A stretch of DNA of 64,000 nt, taken from the NCBI RefSeq assembly GCF_037042905.1, contig NC_087250.1:14758001-14822000 (forward strand), written 5' to 3'. Origin of the DNA: Lytechinus pictus (lineage: Eukaryota). A model generated the notes under the pieces. The model was given only the letters and a program-made list of their open reading frames with translations, made no database searches and was not told where the DNA came from. Shown here piece by piece: positions 23,731 through 36,200 of the stretch. A program made the translations under genes and the position numbers. How positions within the stretch are numbered: position 1 is the first letter of the stretch; each line of letters starts with the position of its first letter.

Positions 23731-25930
23731 ACTACCCCTTATCGACCACCTAATCTTCTCAGAATCGTATCTGCGAAAATATCCATCAATTTTACCCAGT
23801 TTTAGTCTCATTTGTGCAGAAAATTGAGCAGATCAGATTCCCATGCTTCGCTCGGCGACTCCGATTCAATCCGCGTATATATCGACGAACAACGAATACG
23901 ACGATTTTACATTTGCTCATTTGCACCCGTCTTTTGAAACCGACCACCCGCGATACACTAAGTTTACGGCCGATTCTTGTCGCGGTGGCGAAATATTTTT
24001 ACTCTTCCAAATCAGTTCTATGATGTCAACATGCTAAATGATCGTCTCACTACTTCCACTGCGAGCTCCGGCACATGATTCGACGATTGACGACGGATAT
24101 TTGTTCTACAGCCGTTTCCTATCGGATTTCTTGGTTTTTCAGCGGGAATTGGGTCTGGTCAATACAATTTTGATTAATTCTACTAAATTTTTACTTTTTG
24201 TTGCTTCTTTTTTTCTCGTAAAATCGATTCTTACCGTTTCTATGGACACTGCGCCTACTCTCCCGCGCGTATCGTTTGTAATACGCAATAATTTTAACGC
24301 GCGCAAGGTGGTCGGTTTCAAAAGAGGTGGTCGATATCCCAGGACCAAAATCCAATTGAAACCAGTTGGATTTCCAACTGGTTTCAATTGGTTTCAATTG
24401 GTTTTAACTGGTTTCAATTGGTTTTAACTGGAATTTAACAATTTCCAGTTGAAACCAATTGAAACCAGTTGGGCATGCTGGAAATCCTAACTGGAACCAG
24501 TTGGGCAACTGGAAATCCTAACTGGAACCAGTTGGGTAACTGGAAATGACTTCCAACTGGAAATGATTTCCAACTGGAACCAGTTGGGCAACTGGAAATC
24601 CTAACTGGAACCAGTTGGGCAACTGGAAATCCTAACTGGAACCAGTTGGGTAACTGGAAATGACTTCCAACTGGAAATGATTTCTAACTGGAACCAGTTG
24701 GGTAACTGGAAATCCTAACTGGAACCAGTTGGGTAACTGGAAATGACTTCCAATTGGAAATGATTTCTAACTGGAACCAGTTGAGTAACTGGAAATCCCA
24801 ACTGGAACCAGTTGGGCAACTGGAAATCCTAACTGGAACCAGTTGGGTAACTGGAAATGACTTCCAACTGGAAATGATTTCTAACTGGAACCAGTTGGGT
24901 AACTGGAAATCCTAACTTGAACCATGCAGTTGTGTAACTGGAAATCCTAACTGGTACCAATTGGGTAACTGGAGATGACTTCTAAATGGAAAGATGGGTA
25001 ATTTGAAATGAATTCTAATTGGAACCAGTTGGGTAACTGGAAATAAAACTGGAACCAGTTGGGTAACTGGAAATGATTTCCAATTGGTTTCCAATTGGAA
25101 ATTTTCCAGTTACCCAACTGGATCCAATTGAAACCAGTTAATTTGCATATTATCTGCCAGTGTGCACAGATTAATGTTTTATGAGATTCATCATCATTAA
25201 CAATGTATCTATTTAATTCTTTTCAATTTCAAGTGCCACACTTTTTAAAGATAAGTATTTAGAATACTTAGCAGTGAAAACCATGTTCATAAATGTTATA
25301 GATTATAATTAAAACAGATTAAAGGATAATTAGTACACCACTAACTGTTACCAAATTACATCAAATAAAAATACATATAATTATTTGAAGATCTTCCATA
25401 TAATATATACATATGAAAGTCTGTATTTTATCAATGCCCTTTACATTGGTATCAATAGACATATAATACTGCTTCTGTGTTGGCATATGAGCAATAGTTA
25501 GTGCAAATGCTAATTAATTTGTAACTAATTAAGTTCATTCCAATTAGTTCCAATTGGATCCAGTTGGAAACCAATTGGTTTCAACTGGTTCCAGTTGAAA
25601 CCAGTTGCCTCCAATTGGTTTCAACTGGAACCAATTGAAACCAGTTGCCTCCAATTGGATTCAATTGGTGTTAATAGGGAAATTGGAACAACTGGAACCA
25701 ATTGACACCGATTGCCAACTGGTTCCAGTTGCCCAATTGGTTTTAACTGGAACCAATTGGCAACTGGTTTTCAATTGGAACCAGTTGGTTTTAACTGGAA
25801 CCAATTGGCAACTGGTTTTCAATTGGAACCAGTTGTTCCAATTTCCCTATTGAAACCAGTTGGCCAACTGGTTTCAATTGGTTTTGCCCTAATTGGTTTT
25901 AACTGGATTTTGGTCCTGGGATGTGGTAGT
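23731..25930. mobile_element. Older TIR element (about 0.6 kb when reconstructed) whose right TIR is interrupted by the CCC..GGG element
   Basis: Left end ACTACCCCTTATCGACCACCT (23731-23751). The right end, rejoined across the insertion, reads AGGTGGTCGAT-AT-GTGGTAGT (2 mismatches). Internal inverted pair CTTTTGAAACCGACCACC / GGTGGTCGGTTTCAAAAG. No TSD found. Confidence 0.55.
24338..25920 (+). mobile_element. Non-autonomous CMC/EnSpm-like element, copy 1, with subterminal satellite arms
   Basis: TIR CCCAGGACCAAAATCCA ... TGGATTTTGGTCCTGGG; 2-bp TSD AT. Arms are built from CCAATTGG/CCAGTTGG/AACTGG words around a unique AT-rich core at about 25140-25530. Strand is arbitrary. Confidence 0.85.
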
Positions 25931-27206
25931 CTCACCATACTTGCCATTATGGTAGACAGCTGGCAGCCGTGGCCATATCCTGAAATAAGTCACCTCTCTT
26001 CTCATGTGTGTGTGTGTGTGCGTAGCTCGTTGTGTACAAAGACGGTCAATCAATTATTCAATGGGAGACCGGAGAGGAAAGAAGTCACCGCTGCTAGCCG
26101 CTGACAAAATAAACGGTAGTGAATGGAGTGGTGACTTAAACCAGAATCATGCCGCAGTCATCTGTTTCGATGAGTTTTTTTAACATTTTAATTTTTTTTC
26201 TCCTTGTACACTAGCTGTACACAGACGGCTCGCAATAGATCGTGCAGCTGCCATTATGTTAGGGCCGGTTAATGCAAAATCCCCCCGATGCGATGGGGCT
26301 CATCAATTTTTGTTTTTATTTCATAGATATATCATGAATATATAAAAAGAACTAGACGAAAATAAAGCTAAGATTATTATTTCGTTTTTGCCTGAAATGC
26401 ACCAAACGGGAAAAAATGAACTTAAAAAAAAAATCAGTGACATACTTCGGCTGTCGCGCAAGTATGTATGGCCATTGAGTCCCTGCAGATAGGTAGAACT
26501 TCTGTAAAATTTTGGTGAGTGGAGCCAACGCCGGAGTTCAGCGGAACAACCAATATAACAAAGACCGAAGCTTTAGGTCTACCATTATTGGTAACTACCA
26601 CTCATCCTATCATCGTCTCTGTTCCTTTGTGTGAGAGTGAAAGAGGTAAAAAGGAGTGAGCAGTGGGTGAAAATAATGGATCAGACAGAATTTTACATTT
26701 TAGGACCATATAAAGGGGGGGGGGGTAAGTTAGTGAAAAAATTACCCCTTTTCACCATCTGCCTTAAAAATCTGCTTTCGTTTTCAAAGGATTTTTGTTG
26801 TCATCCACACAAAAACAAATCGCTTCTGACCTCACTGAGTAGAAATTTTGGGGAAAAAAAATTATGTTGTTGGTTTCGTTTCTTTTGTCCTTTTGCAAAA
26901 CAAGTCTCCAATATGGGAGATTGTCTTCCATTTTGGAGAGTCTCCTGAGTCCTGACTCCCTTATTGGTTGTGCGCCTCTGCTGGTCTCTGGAACTGCTCT
27001 ATTCTCAATGATGCAGTTCTGGAATGACACAAATTAAAAACCACCTTTGTGAATTTGGGCCAATGAGTCTAGAAGAGTGGACTAAAATTACTGATTAGCC
27101 TGAAGATAATTGTCAATGTAAACTTTAGAATACCACCTTTAAATGTGTTGTAATGATTTATTTTCATTTATCATATTTACTTCCTCTGCAGCTAGGCAAT
27201 AAAGTC

Positions 27207-30200
27207 ATGAAGTTTCCAGAGAAAGAAGATTACCCCGTCTGCCTGGTCGCTTGCAAGAGTAATGAGCAGCCGCTCTCTCCTGAAAAAAGGTACCAGTCTC
27301 CTCAGACCTCGACATCTTCATCAGCATCTCACAAGAATGATGGGAGGTCACTACAGGATTTCTCTTCCCAGGTCGGAGCGAGCGGCGTCGTCATCGACCA
27401 CCAAAACGGACTGGTTATCACAACCGCCCTGCCTTTCACAGAGTATATCCCTAGCGAACACGGCGGAATAAATGATCACCAAACGAATAGTGAATTCGAT
27501 GGTTCTGCAGATCATTATAGTTCAAATGAGTTCAAAAACTTATCAGTTTCTGTCATTTTCCAAAGTAGAGCTAAAAAGGAAAAAGAAGAGGGATGCGGCT
27601 TGCAGTCATCAGTACATAGAGCCGCTACCCCGCACCGTCCAAGTGCGAATAAGGTTTTCTCGGCATTGCGTCAACCCACTGACAGAGCACCTTCACACGT
27701 TGACGATAAAGCGACCGATTCGTTTGAGGTATACGATGCAAGAGTTCTTTTGCTATGGAAATGCAAATCATTCCATGATGAGGTTCAAACGCTCATGCCA
27801 GTCGCAGATGGGTGGGAGTTGGACTATGGAGACAAGCGTGGAGAGATCGGTAGCAGTTCCCATCTCGATAGCAGCAAGGATGTGGTTGCGGATGGGGAGG
27901 CGGAGACGAGAAAGGAGAACTTCTTATCCTGGTTTGCTCTTATTCAATTCAAAGGAGGTTCTCAAATGTCTGCCCAAGCTCCTATCAAGTAATTTTTATC
28001 ATTCTTAACAGTTTGAAAATCTTTTTTTTGCAATTATAACCTGTTTCTTCTGAATCTGAATAGTTGAGTCAGTGAACTATTGCTTGATGACTGACACTCA
28101 TGCTAACTTGCATTGCATTTTATAACAGAGGCGGCTGAACATCAGGCTCGGACAAAGAAAGTGGAGGAGCACCTTTTGTCCGCCAAACAATAGGTGCCCC
28201 TCCACTTTTATTGTATGAGCCTGATGTTCCGCCGCCTCTGTTTTATAAGTTAGCATTCCGTAAACAATATCACTCAAGTCAAAACAAAATTTGAAACCAG
28301 ATCATGCAAACAAATTATTTTTTTACATCTCTTTGAAGTGAAGCAGATTTCTGTTTTGGAAAAATTAGATTATAATAACAATGTAGTTGGTTTGTGAATT
28401 GTAACTGGTAGAATTAAGACCTGGGCAACGCATTGGTCATGTTCATTATTCCCAGGACCAAAATCCAGTTAAAACCAATTAGGGCAAAACCAATTGAAAC
28501 CAGTTGGCCAACTGGTTTCAATAGGGAAATTGGAACAACTGGTTCCAATTGAAAACCAGTTGCCAATTGGTTCCAGTTAAAAACCAATTGAAAACCAGTT
28601 GCCAATTGGTTCCAGTTAAAACCAATTGGGCAACTGGAACCAGTTGGCAATTGTTGTCAATTGGTTCCAGTTGTTCCAATTTCCCTATTAAAACCAATTG
28701 AATCCAATTGGAGGCAACTGGTTTCAATTGGTTCCAGTTGAAACCAATTGGAGGCAACTGGTTTCAACTGGAACCAGTTGAAACCAATTGGTTTCCAACT
28801 GGATCCAATTGGAACTTCCAGTTGGAACGAACTTAATTAGTTACAAATTAATTAGCATTTGCAGTAACTATTTATCATGCCAACACAGAAGCAGTGTTAT
28901 ATGTCTATTAATACCAATGTAAAGGGCATTGATAAAATACAGACTTTCATGTATATATATTTATATGGAAGATCTTCAAATATATGTACTTTTATTTGAT
29001 GTAATTTGGTAACAGTTAGTGGTGTACTAATTATCCTTTAATCTGTTTTAATTATAATCTATAACATTTATGAACATGGTTTTCACTGCTAAGTATTCTA
29101 AATACTAATCTTTAAAAAGTGTGGTACTTGAAATTGTAAAGAATTAAATAGATACATTGTTAATGATGATTAATCTCATAAAACATTAATCTGTGCACAC
29201 TGGCAAATAATATGCAAATTAACTGGTTTCAATTGGATCCAGTTGGGTAACTGGAAAATTTCCAATTGGAAACCAATTGGAAATAATTTCCAGTTACCCA
29301 ACTGGTTCCAATTAGAATTCATTTCCAGTTACCCATCTTTCCAGTTAGAAGTCATCTCAGTTACCCAATTGGTACCAGTTAGGATTTCCAGTTACACAAC
29401 TGAATGGTTCAAGTTAGGATTTCCAGTTACCCAACTGGTTCCAGTTAGAAATCATTTCCAGTTGGAAGTCATTTCCAGTTACCCAACTGGTTCCAGTTAG
29501 GATTTCCAGTTGCCCAACTGGTTCCAGTTAGAAATCATTTCCAATTGGAAGTCATTTCCAGTTACCCAACTGGTTCCAGTTAGGATTTCCAGTTGCCCAA
29601 CTGGTTCCAGTTGGGATTTCCAGTTACTCAACTGGTTCCAGTAAGAAATCATTTCCAATTGGAAGTCATTTCCAGTTACCCAACTGGTTCCAGTTAGGAT
29701 TTCCAGTTGCCCAACTGGTTCCAGTTAGAAATCATTTCCAATTGGAAGTCATTTCCAGTTACCCAACTGGTTCCAGTTAGGATTTCCAGTTGCCCAACTG
29801 GTTCCAGTTGGGATTTCCAGTTACTCAACTGGTTCCAGTAAGAAATCATTTCCAATTGGAAGTCATTTCCAGTTACCCAACTGGTTCCAGTTAGGATTTC
29901 CAGTTGCCCAACTGGTTCCAGTTGGGATTTCCAGTTACTCAACTGGTTCCAGTTAGAAATCATTCCCAATTGGAAGTCATTTCCAGTTACCCAACTGGTT
30001 CCAGTTAGGATTTCCAGTTGCCCAACTGGTTTCAATTGGTTTCAACTGGAAATTGTTAAATTCCAGTTAAAACCAATTGAAACCAGTTGAAACCAATTGA
30101 AACCAATTGAAACCAGTTGGAAATCCAACTGGTTTCAATTGGATTTTGGTCCTGGGTTATGAGGAATTGTTTTGTTAATTTTTTTCTCTCCTAACCACTT

Positions 30201-33200
30201 ATTTTTGGGAAGTAATCAAAATATAACAGATATCATTCATATTTATTAGGGACACTCATAAAATATCCTGAGTATAACTTGGAAAAATTACATTTCATGT
30301 TGACTGGGCAAGAGGGGGGGGGGGGGGCAATGGGGCATGTGTCCATAATTTTCCCTGTGCGTCTGTCCCTTTGATCCATTGCAGGCATATTTTTCAGGAA
30401 CTGAGTCCTTTGTATATTCCCCCGAAACAATTCATCGACATGTTTTCATTCACTTCTTTCCCAAGCAGAATAACTCCAAGTACAGGTCTTCATCTAGCTC
30501 AGCCCGTTGTGGCCTGTGGAACTCCGTTTGCAACGCTCAGTCCATCCATCTTCTACAACAGTCTAAGTCGGGGTATCATTACGAAGCATTGTGGGAAGGA
30601 TCTCGTCATTACGGACGCAAGGTGTATGCCGGGTATGGAAGGAGGAGGGCTGTTTGTACAAAGGTATGGTTGGCCTTCCATACAATGCCACAGCTAAATT
30701 GAACAGCGCCCCCTCAAGACCTAAACTATCTCATCACAACTCTCCATTCTTTACCAGGATGCAACATTATTATTTATAAAACGAGGTCAAGGTTGTAGCC
30801 AGTAGCGTGTGCACGTGCAGGTCAAGTCTTCATGCTTTAATTGCCTGCAACCTCTGGGCCTTACATTTTTCGTGCAGCACTGTGCATTTTGTGCGCATCA
30901 TTTGACCCATAGCGCTTATAAACTGGGACGCTATCAGAAATATATGCATTCTTTCAAAGAAAGGGCTATATGGCAAGGATTTTGATGCACTTAGACATGC
31001 ATACTAGATATGCCTGTTATATCATAATAGAAAGCTGTTGTGATCTCTTCATCCATGCGATCCTCAAAAATTTGGAGAGACTAGAACCTTTCCACTACAG
31101 ATTTATACTGCCAACCCATTTTTATAAAACAAATAATGCACATTTTCATATTTTTGCATAATTTCTATAATATAGTTCAGTTACTTATATACTCACTACA
31201 GTGATGCATAATTTCCTTCATACCTTTACAACATTGATAACACAATATTTACCACAAAATTGAATGCTTTTTAAATGCACGTTTCCCAGCATTTTTGTTT
31301 TTCTGATAGTGATTAAAAAGTACTAATATGTTTTAGTCCAAAATTCATGATATTTTTCTCATTCTTTGTTGAAAGGTTTTATTTATCAAGGCTATTCTGG
31401 TAGTTGGCCTGTGGCAGAGTATTCATTGAATTAGGTATCAATGGTGCACCTATAGAAGGCTAAAATGTAAAGAAATTTCAGAAGAACAATTGTCATCATC
31501 TTCAAAATTATTTCAGTGTGCAAAGAGTTAAGTACCCATCTAAACCAATAGTCGGCTCTTGAAATTACCCACATGACATAGCTGAGTGATAAGTAGGCTT
31601 TTGTGAGTACTTGGCCCTGTCTTACAAAGAGTTACGATTGATCTGACCAGCCTCAAGTATATGGAAATCCATCCATACCATAATTTTTTTCTACAGGAAA
31701 TTTGCACAATGTCCTAAGTAAACAAAGAGAATCACACTGAATCTTCAAGAGAACAATGAATGTATGAATATAGGCCTACACCATATCTTGAACAAATTTG
31801 CATTTTAGATGTTGACGTTGCTGGCCGTCCATAGCTGTGGTTGATTGGATCAATCACAACTCTTTGTTTGTAAGACGGGCCCCTGGTATTAGCCATCAGG
31901 GACTTTTCACAAAACGGCGCGAAATGAATCGCAGCAAATGCATTGAAAATGCAAGTCAAATCCTAATTGAAGGCTTTGTCGAGATTCTGTAAATCGAAAT
32001 AGCAGTTTTGTCTTATGTTTGAGAGATTACAAAAAATTGCAAATATGTTAGTTGAATCAGAAATGGGGGTTCCCGTGCACTCTCAGAATACGATCAATTT
32101 TTTCAACCAACTTTTTTGTATTTTCAATGTGTCTAGTTAATGAATCTTGATGTTCTCTTTGCCAAATTGTGTCCCATGGCGTTCAAAATTGGCAATTTTG
32201 GCGTCCATCTTGCATTTTTCATGAAAATCAATCATTTAAATATTTTTTGCACAGACAATGGGAACCCCCATTTCTGAATAGACCATGTTGTCCATTTGGT
32301 CCCAGTGCAAGGTCCAGCCCTTGGTCTAATGGGGGTCTAACCACCACTTGGGCTGATATGTACTTGTCCGATCAATGACTCCTTTACAGATATTTAGCTG
32401 CCATGATTGTATCTCCTCTGTGTTGGAAAGCCAATGAGTGGATTGGCCTGACTCTTGCTTGTTCTATGACAGCCATCTTGGATTCCCTTGAAGGAATGAC
32501 CTCCATTGACCTTTCGAGAATAAGGTCGACAAACTTTGGAAACAGCAGTCATCATGCGCATCGTAGTAACACAGGTAAGAGCATTTACATGTACAGATTG
32601 TAGTTGGTCGTTAGTAGTGTTGGGTCTGAGACGAGACGGACTGAATCCAAGACAATGATCTCGATGACCAAGACAGATACAATGATAACAGAGACAGAGA
32701 ACCCTGTACCCACAATTAGCCAAAACAAAGACAATAATTTGACAAGATTTTGCCATAAAAAACTCTGGAAAAATTTTTGCCAGAGTTTTTTTAATGTGTA
32801 ATTTTCCATGGCATAAATTTGTTTGCCAAAGTTTTGGTTTATTTGACAGAGTTTTTTATGGCAAAAGTTTTATGCAATGGGCCCCTGGACGAGAAATACC
32901 TAATTTCCCCTGTAAATTGCCAGCCCTAGACAGGGATCAAATGGTTGTCTATTGAGATTACCTTCATTATAGTTTTTAATTTTGTGGAAGGTAATGCCTC
33001 AAGAATAAGAGTTATTTATTTCTTGTGTTTTCCAATAATAGAATTGTGCTCGGGGCATTTCTATAGCCTATTTCGAATGCAAGTTAGAACATTTAGTAAG
33101 GGGGGGGGGGTAATGTCTAATGCAAAAGGATGTGTCTTAAATTACCTACATTCTTTCTTTTCATTATGTGAAGCTAATGCCTCAAGAGTAACAGAAATGT

Positions 33201-36200
33201 ATTCCTGTTGTTTTTCATTTTCTTGTGCATGGTAGAAACATGTCCGAAGCATTTTCAGAGCGTAGTTCTGTTGCGAGTCGGAACAGTGTGGGGGTCAGGG
33301 GTCATCATTGACGCAAACGAAGGGCTCATCCTGACATGTCGACATGTAGTGAAGAGTTCAGGTCAAAACCAAGGTGAGATTAATCTCGTTTTTTTTTTAT
33401 CAGGGAGTAGCCATGATAGGCCAATGGCTTTGTAATACTCCTTCCCATCCAATTCATTACTTTAAACATTTTTTAAAAGTTTGCATAAATTGTATGATTG
33501 GTTTTTTTTTAAATGCTATTCACAAACCATGGCTACTCAGGGAGTATCCATGATAGGCCGATGGCTTTTTAATACTCCTTCCCATCCAATCCATTACTTT
33601 AAACATTTTTTATTTCTTTATTTGCATAAATTGTATGAATGTTTTTTTTTTATGCTATTCACAAACCATGTGATTCGTTTAATTCTTGATGCATCGTGTC
33701 GGTTTATTTTTTGTCATTAGTGGGTGTGAAAGTTGCCTCTGGCCCATGGATGAAAGCAAGTGTTCTACATACAAACTCAGCGACCTCACCAATTGACCTT
33801 GCTATTGTTAAGGTCAAAGGTCAACTTGATACCGCTTCCTCCATTAGCATCAGAATGGGTTCTGACTATCAAGAAGGTAAATTGAATGGAGAATAGTTGA
33901 TGATTTGATTTTAGTCCACTATCATTTCTCTCAAGTTCAGTAAATGTTTTTTATTGCTTCTGCCTGCTGTAGGTGGCTGCCAGAAATTTTCATTTTCTGT
34001 TTGTATGTCCAAACGTCTGTCCATCCTTCCTAGTTTCATCCTCATGATGACCAAAGAATGGTTTGACAGACCATGGACCTATGAAAAGATGGACGATTAA
34101 CGCGAGCATTTCTTTGATCCAATGAGAGTCACCGTCACCGTCACCTGGTTATGCGCATCTTAATAAGAACATACAGGTGTTGTAACAATAGCAATTACCA
34201 TGACTACCAAGGGTATCTGATCACTCAAAGACGGAACAGTTTCCCGGTCCTGATTTTTGTCGGCTGATACCCTCTTTCAGTCAACATGCTTCATATATGG
34301 AGCAGCAAATTTGAGAAGCAGACGATTTGGGTGATATAAAATATGATATTATTCGATCCGCTAACTACGGTACCGCTCACTCATACGGACCTCAATAACA
34401 TTGAGAGATATACGATCTATACATGTTATGTGCCACATATATCTGGAATATTATGGAGAAAATTGAATTTTAAATGGTAAACAATCAATCACAATATTGC
34501 CTCAATATTAAAATATGCAGACATTTCCCCAAATAAAACACATGGAACTAAGATTACCAAAGGTAAACAAAAACAAAAACTGCACATCGATTTTGCATTA
34601 TTTCATTGATTTATTATCAACTGCGCATATAATTTGTGAAATATAAATGTCCAATCACGAACTGCTTCAGTCCCTTCTCACGGTGACGATCATAGGACCA
34701 AAGAAGACTAGTATGAAGAGAATGTTAATCAGATGACATTGACAGTCACCTGTTAGTGAAATCATTATCTAAGCGATGAATGTCCATCTCTCCATAGGTC
34801 CATGGACAGACCAACTTCAAACTTGTTCCAAATATGCATATAAGAGTGATGAAGTTAAGTTTGTTTTTGGGGTACGAAAGCCAAAGTTCACAGAGGTCAT
34901 GATATACCTGAAAGTATCTTGTTATTGTGATGAATGGAGAACCGTTTGAAGGGTCATCTTCCGACTTGGTTCATGTATGCACGATGATATGATTAGGATC
35001 GGTCTGGAGGTCAAAGGTCATGGTGGTCATTTTATACCTGAAAATATCTCTTTCTCACAATAACCTGTGGACTGTTTGAGAGATCAATTTTCAAACTTGG
35101 CTCATATATGCATACGTGAGTGGGAATGATCTGATCAGATTTTGAGGTTACAAGATCAAATGTCATATTAATAATACTCATTTTTTCTTTCTCAGGATCT
35201 CGGGTATATGCTGTAGGATTCCCTCTCTTTGATCCCAGCCAAAGTTCAACGCCCTCCGTGACTGCAGGGGTCGTGTCAAAGGTCATCACAATCAACCAGC
35301 AACCAATCATGATCCAGGTATCAAAAAATTGTATCATGTTCATGATGTTCATAAGTTGCGCTCCATATGATTTGTGTTGACAAAGTTATGTACCGGTATT
35401 CACGTTGTGCGTTGACTCGGTCACAGTTAATTCAACTCATCCCAACGATATTGTTCAAACTTTCACCCATCAACTTGTCTGATTTTTCTTTTTCCTCTAA
35501 AATGAAGTTTTATTTGGGATGGATTCCCCTCTAAACAGATTTACATGTCATTATTATTTATCTTTTCCTTTCTCATTCTCAGTCTAGCTGTGCTGTTCAT
35601 GCTGGAGCAAGTGGGGGCGCCCTGTTATGTGCAAAGACCGGGAATCTCGTCGGCATTATTGCAAGCAACTCAAGGTGTGTATTGTAGTCTAAATCAATGA
35701 TACATTTGTATAGCACAGCCACTATACAGTGCATCCCACAAAAAAGGAAACCGGGATTCCCATGTCTTTTGAATTCAAAAGCAAATAAATTATGATAACT
35801 CATTGACAATCATATAATTCTAATATTTTGATACCTAATATGAGACAAACACTTCATGCATTAATGAGCAAGACGAGTGTCAAATTTTAATGTCGAAACC
35901 AGATTTCGCAGAAAAATTTGACAAGATTGGTTCGTGATACGATGACCGTGTATATTCGATGATTGGCCCATTAGTATTTCTTTTGTATTCTTTGTTAAGC
36001 TTCTCTCACTGATCCCTGAAATGAGAGTGGATTCAGATTCACACGTAATTTTCTTCGCAAATCGTTTCTGATATGCCCCAATATTTATTGCTAGTAATCT
36101 GTCATGCATCAACGATTTGCTAAACTAGAGAATTTGAATTTGACATACATGACAAGGACAGACTGAGTACGTATATGAATATACAAAAAAGCCATATCTG

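Noticed and set aside
23439..23827. GC-rich short ORFs
   Set aside because: They span the TIR/TSD junction and CpG-rich DNA, with no recognisable domain.
24338..30156. CRISPR-like array, or one composite transposon carrying the TYSND1 exon
   Set aside because: There are no unique spacers or cas genes, and the context is eukaryotic. The outer flanks differ (AT vs TT) while each copy has its own TSD, so these are two separate insertions.
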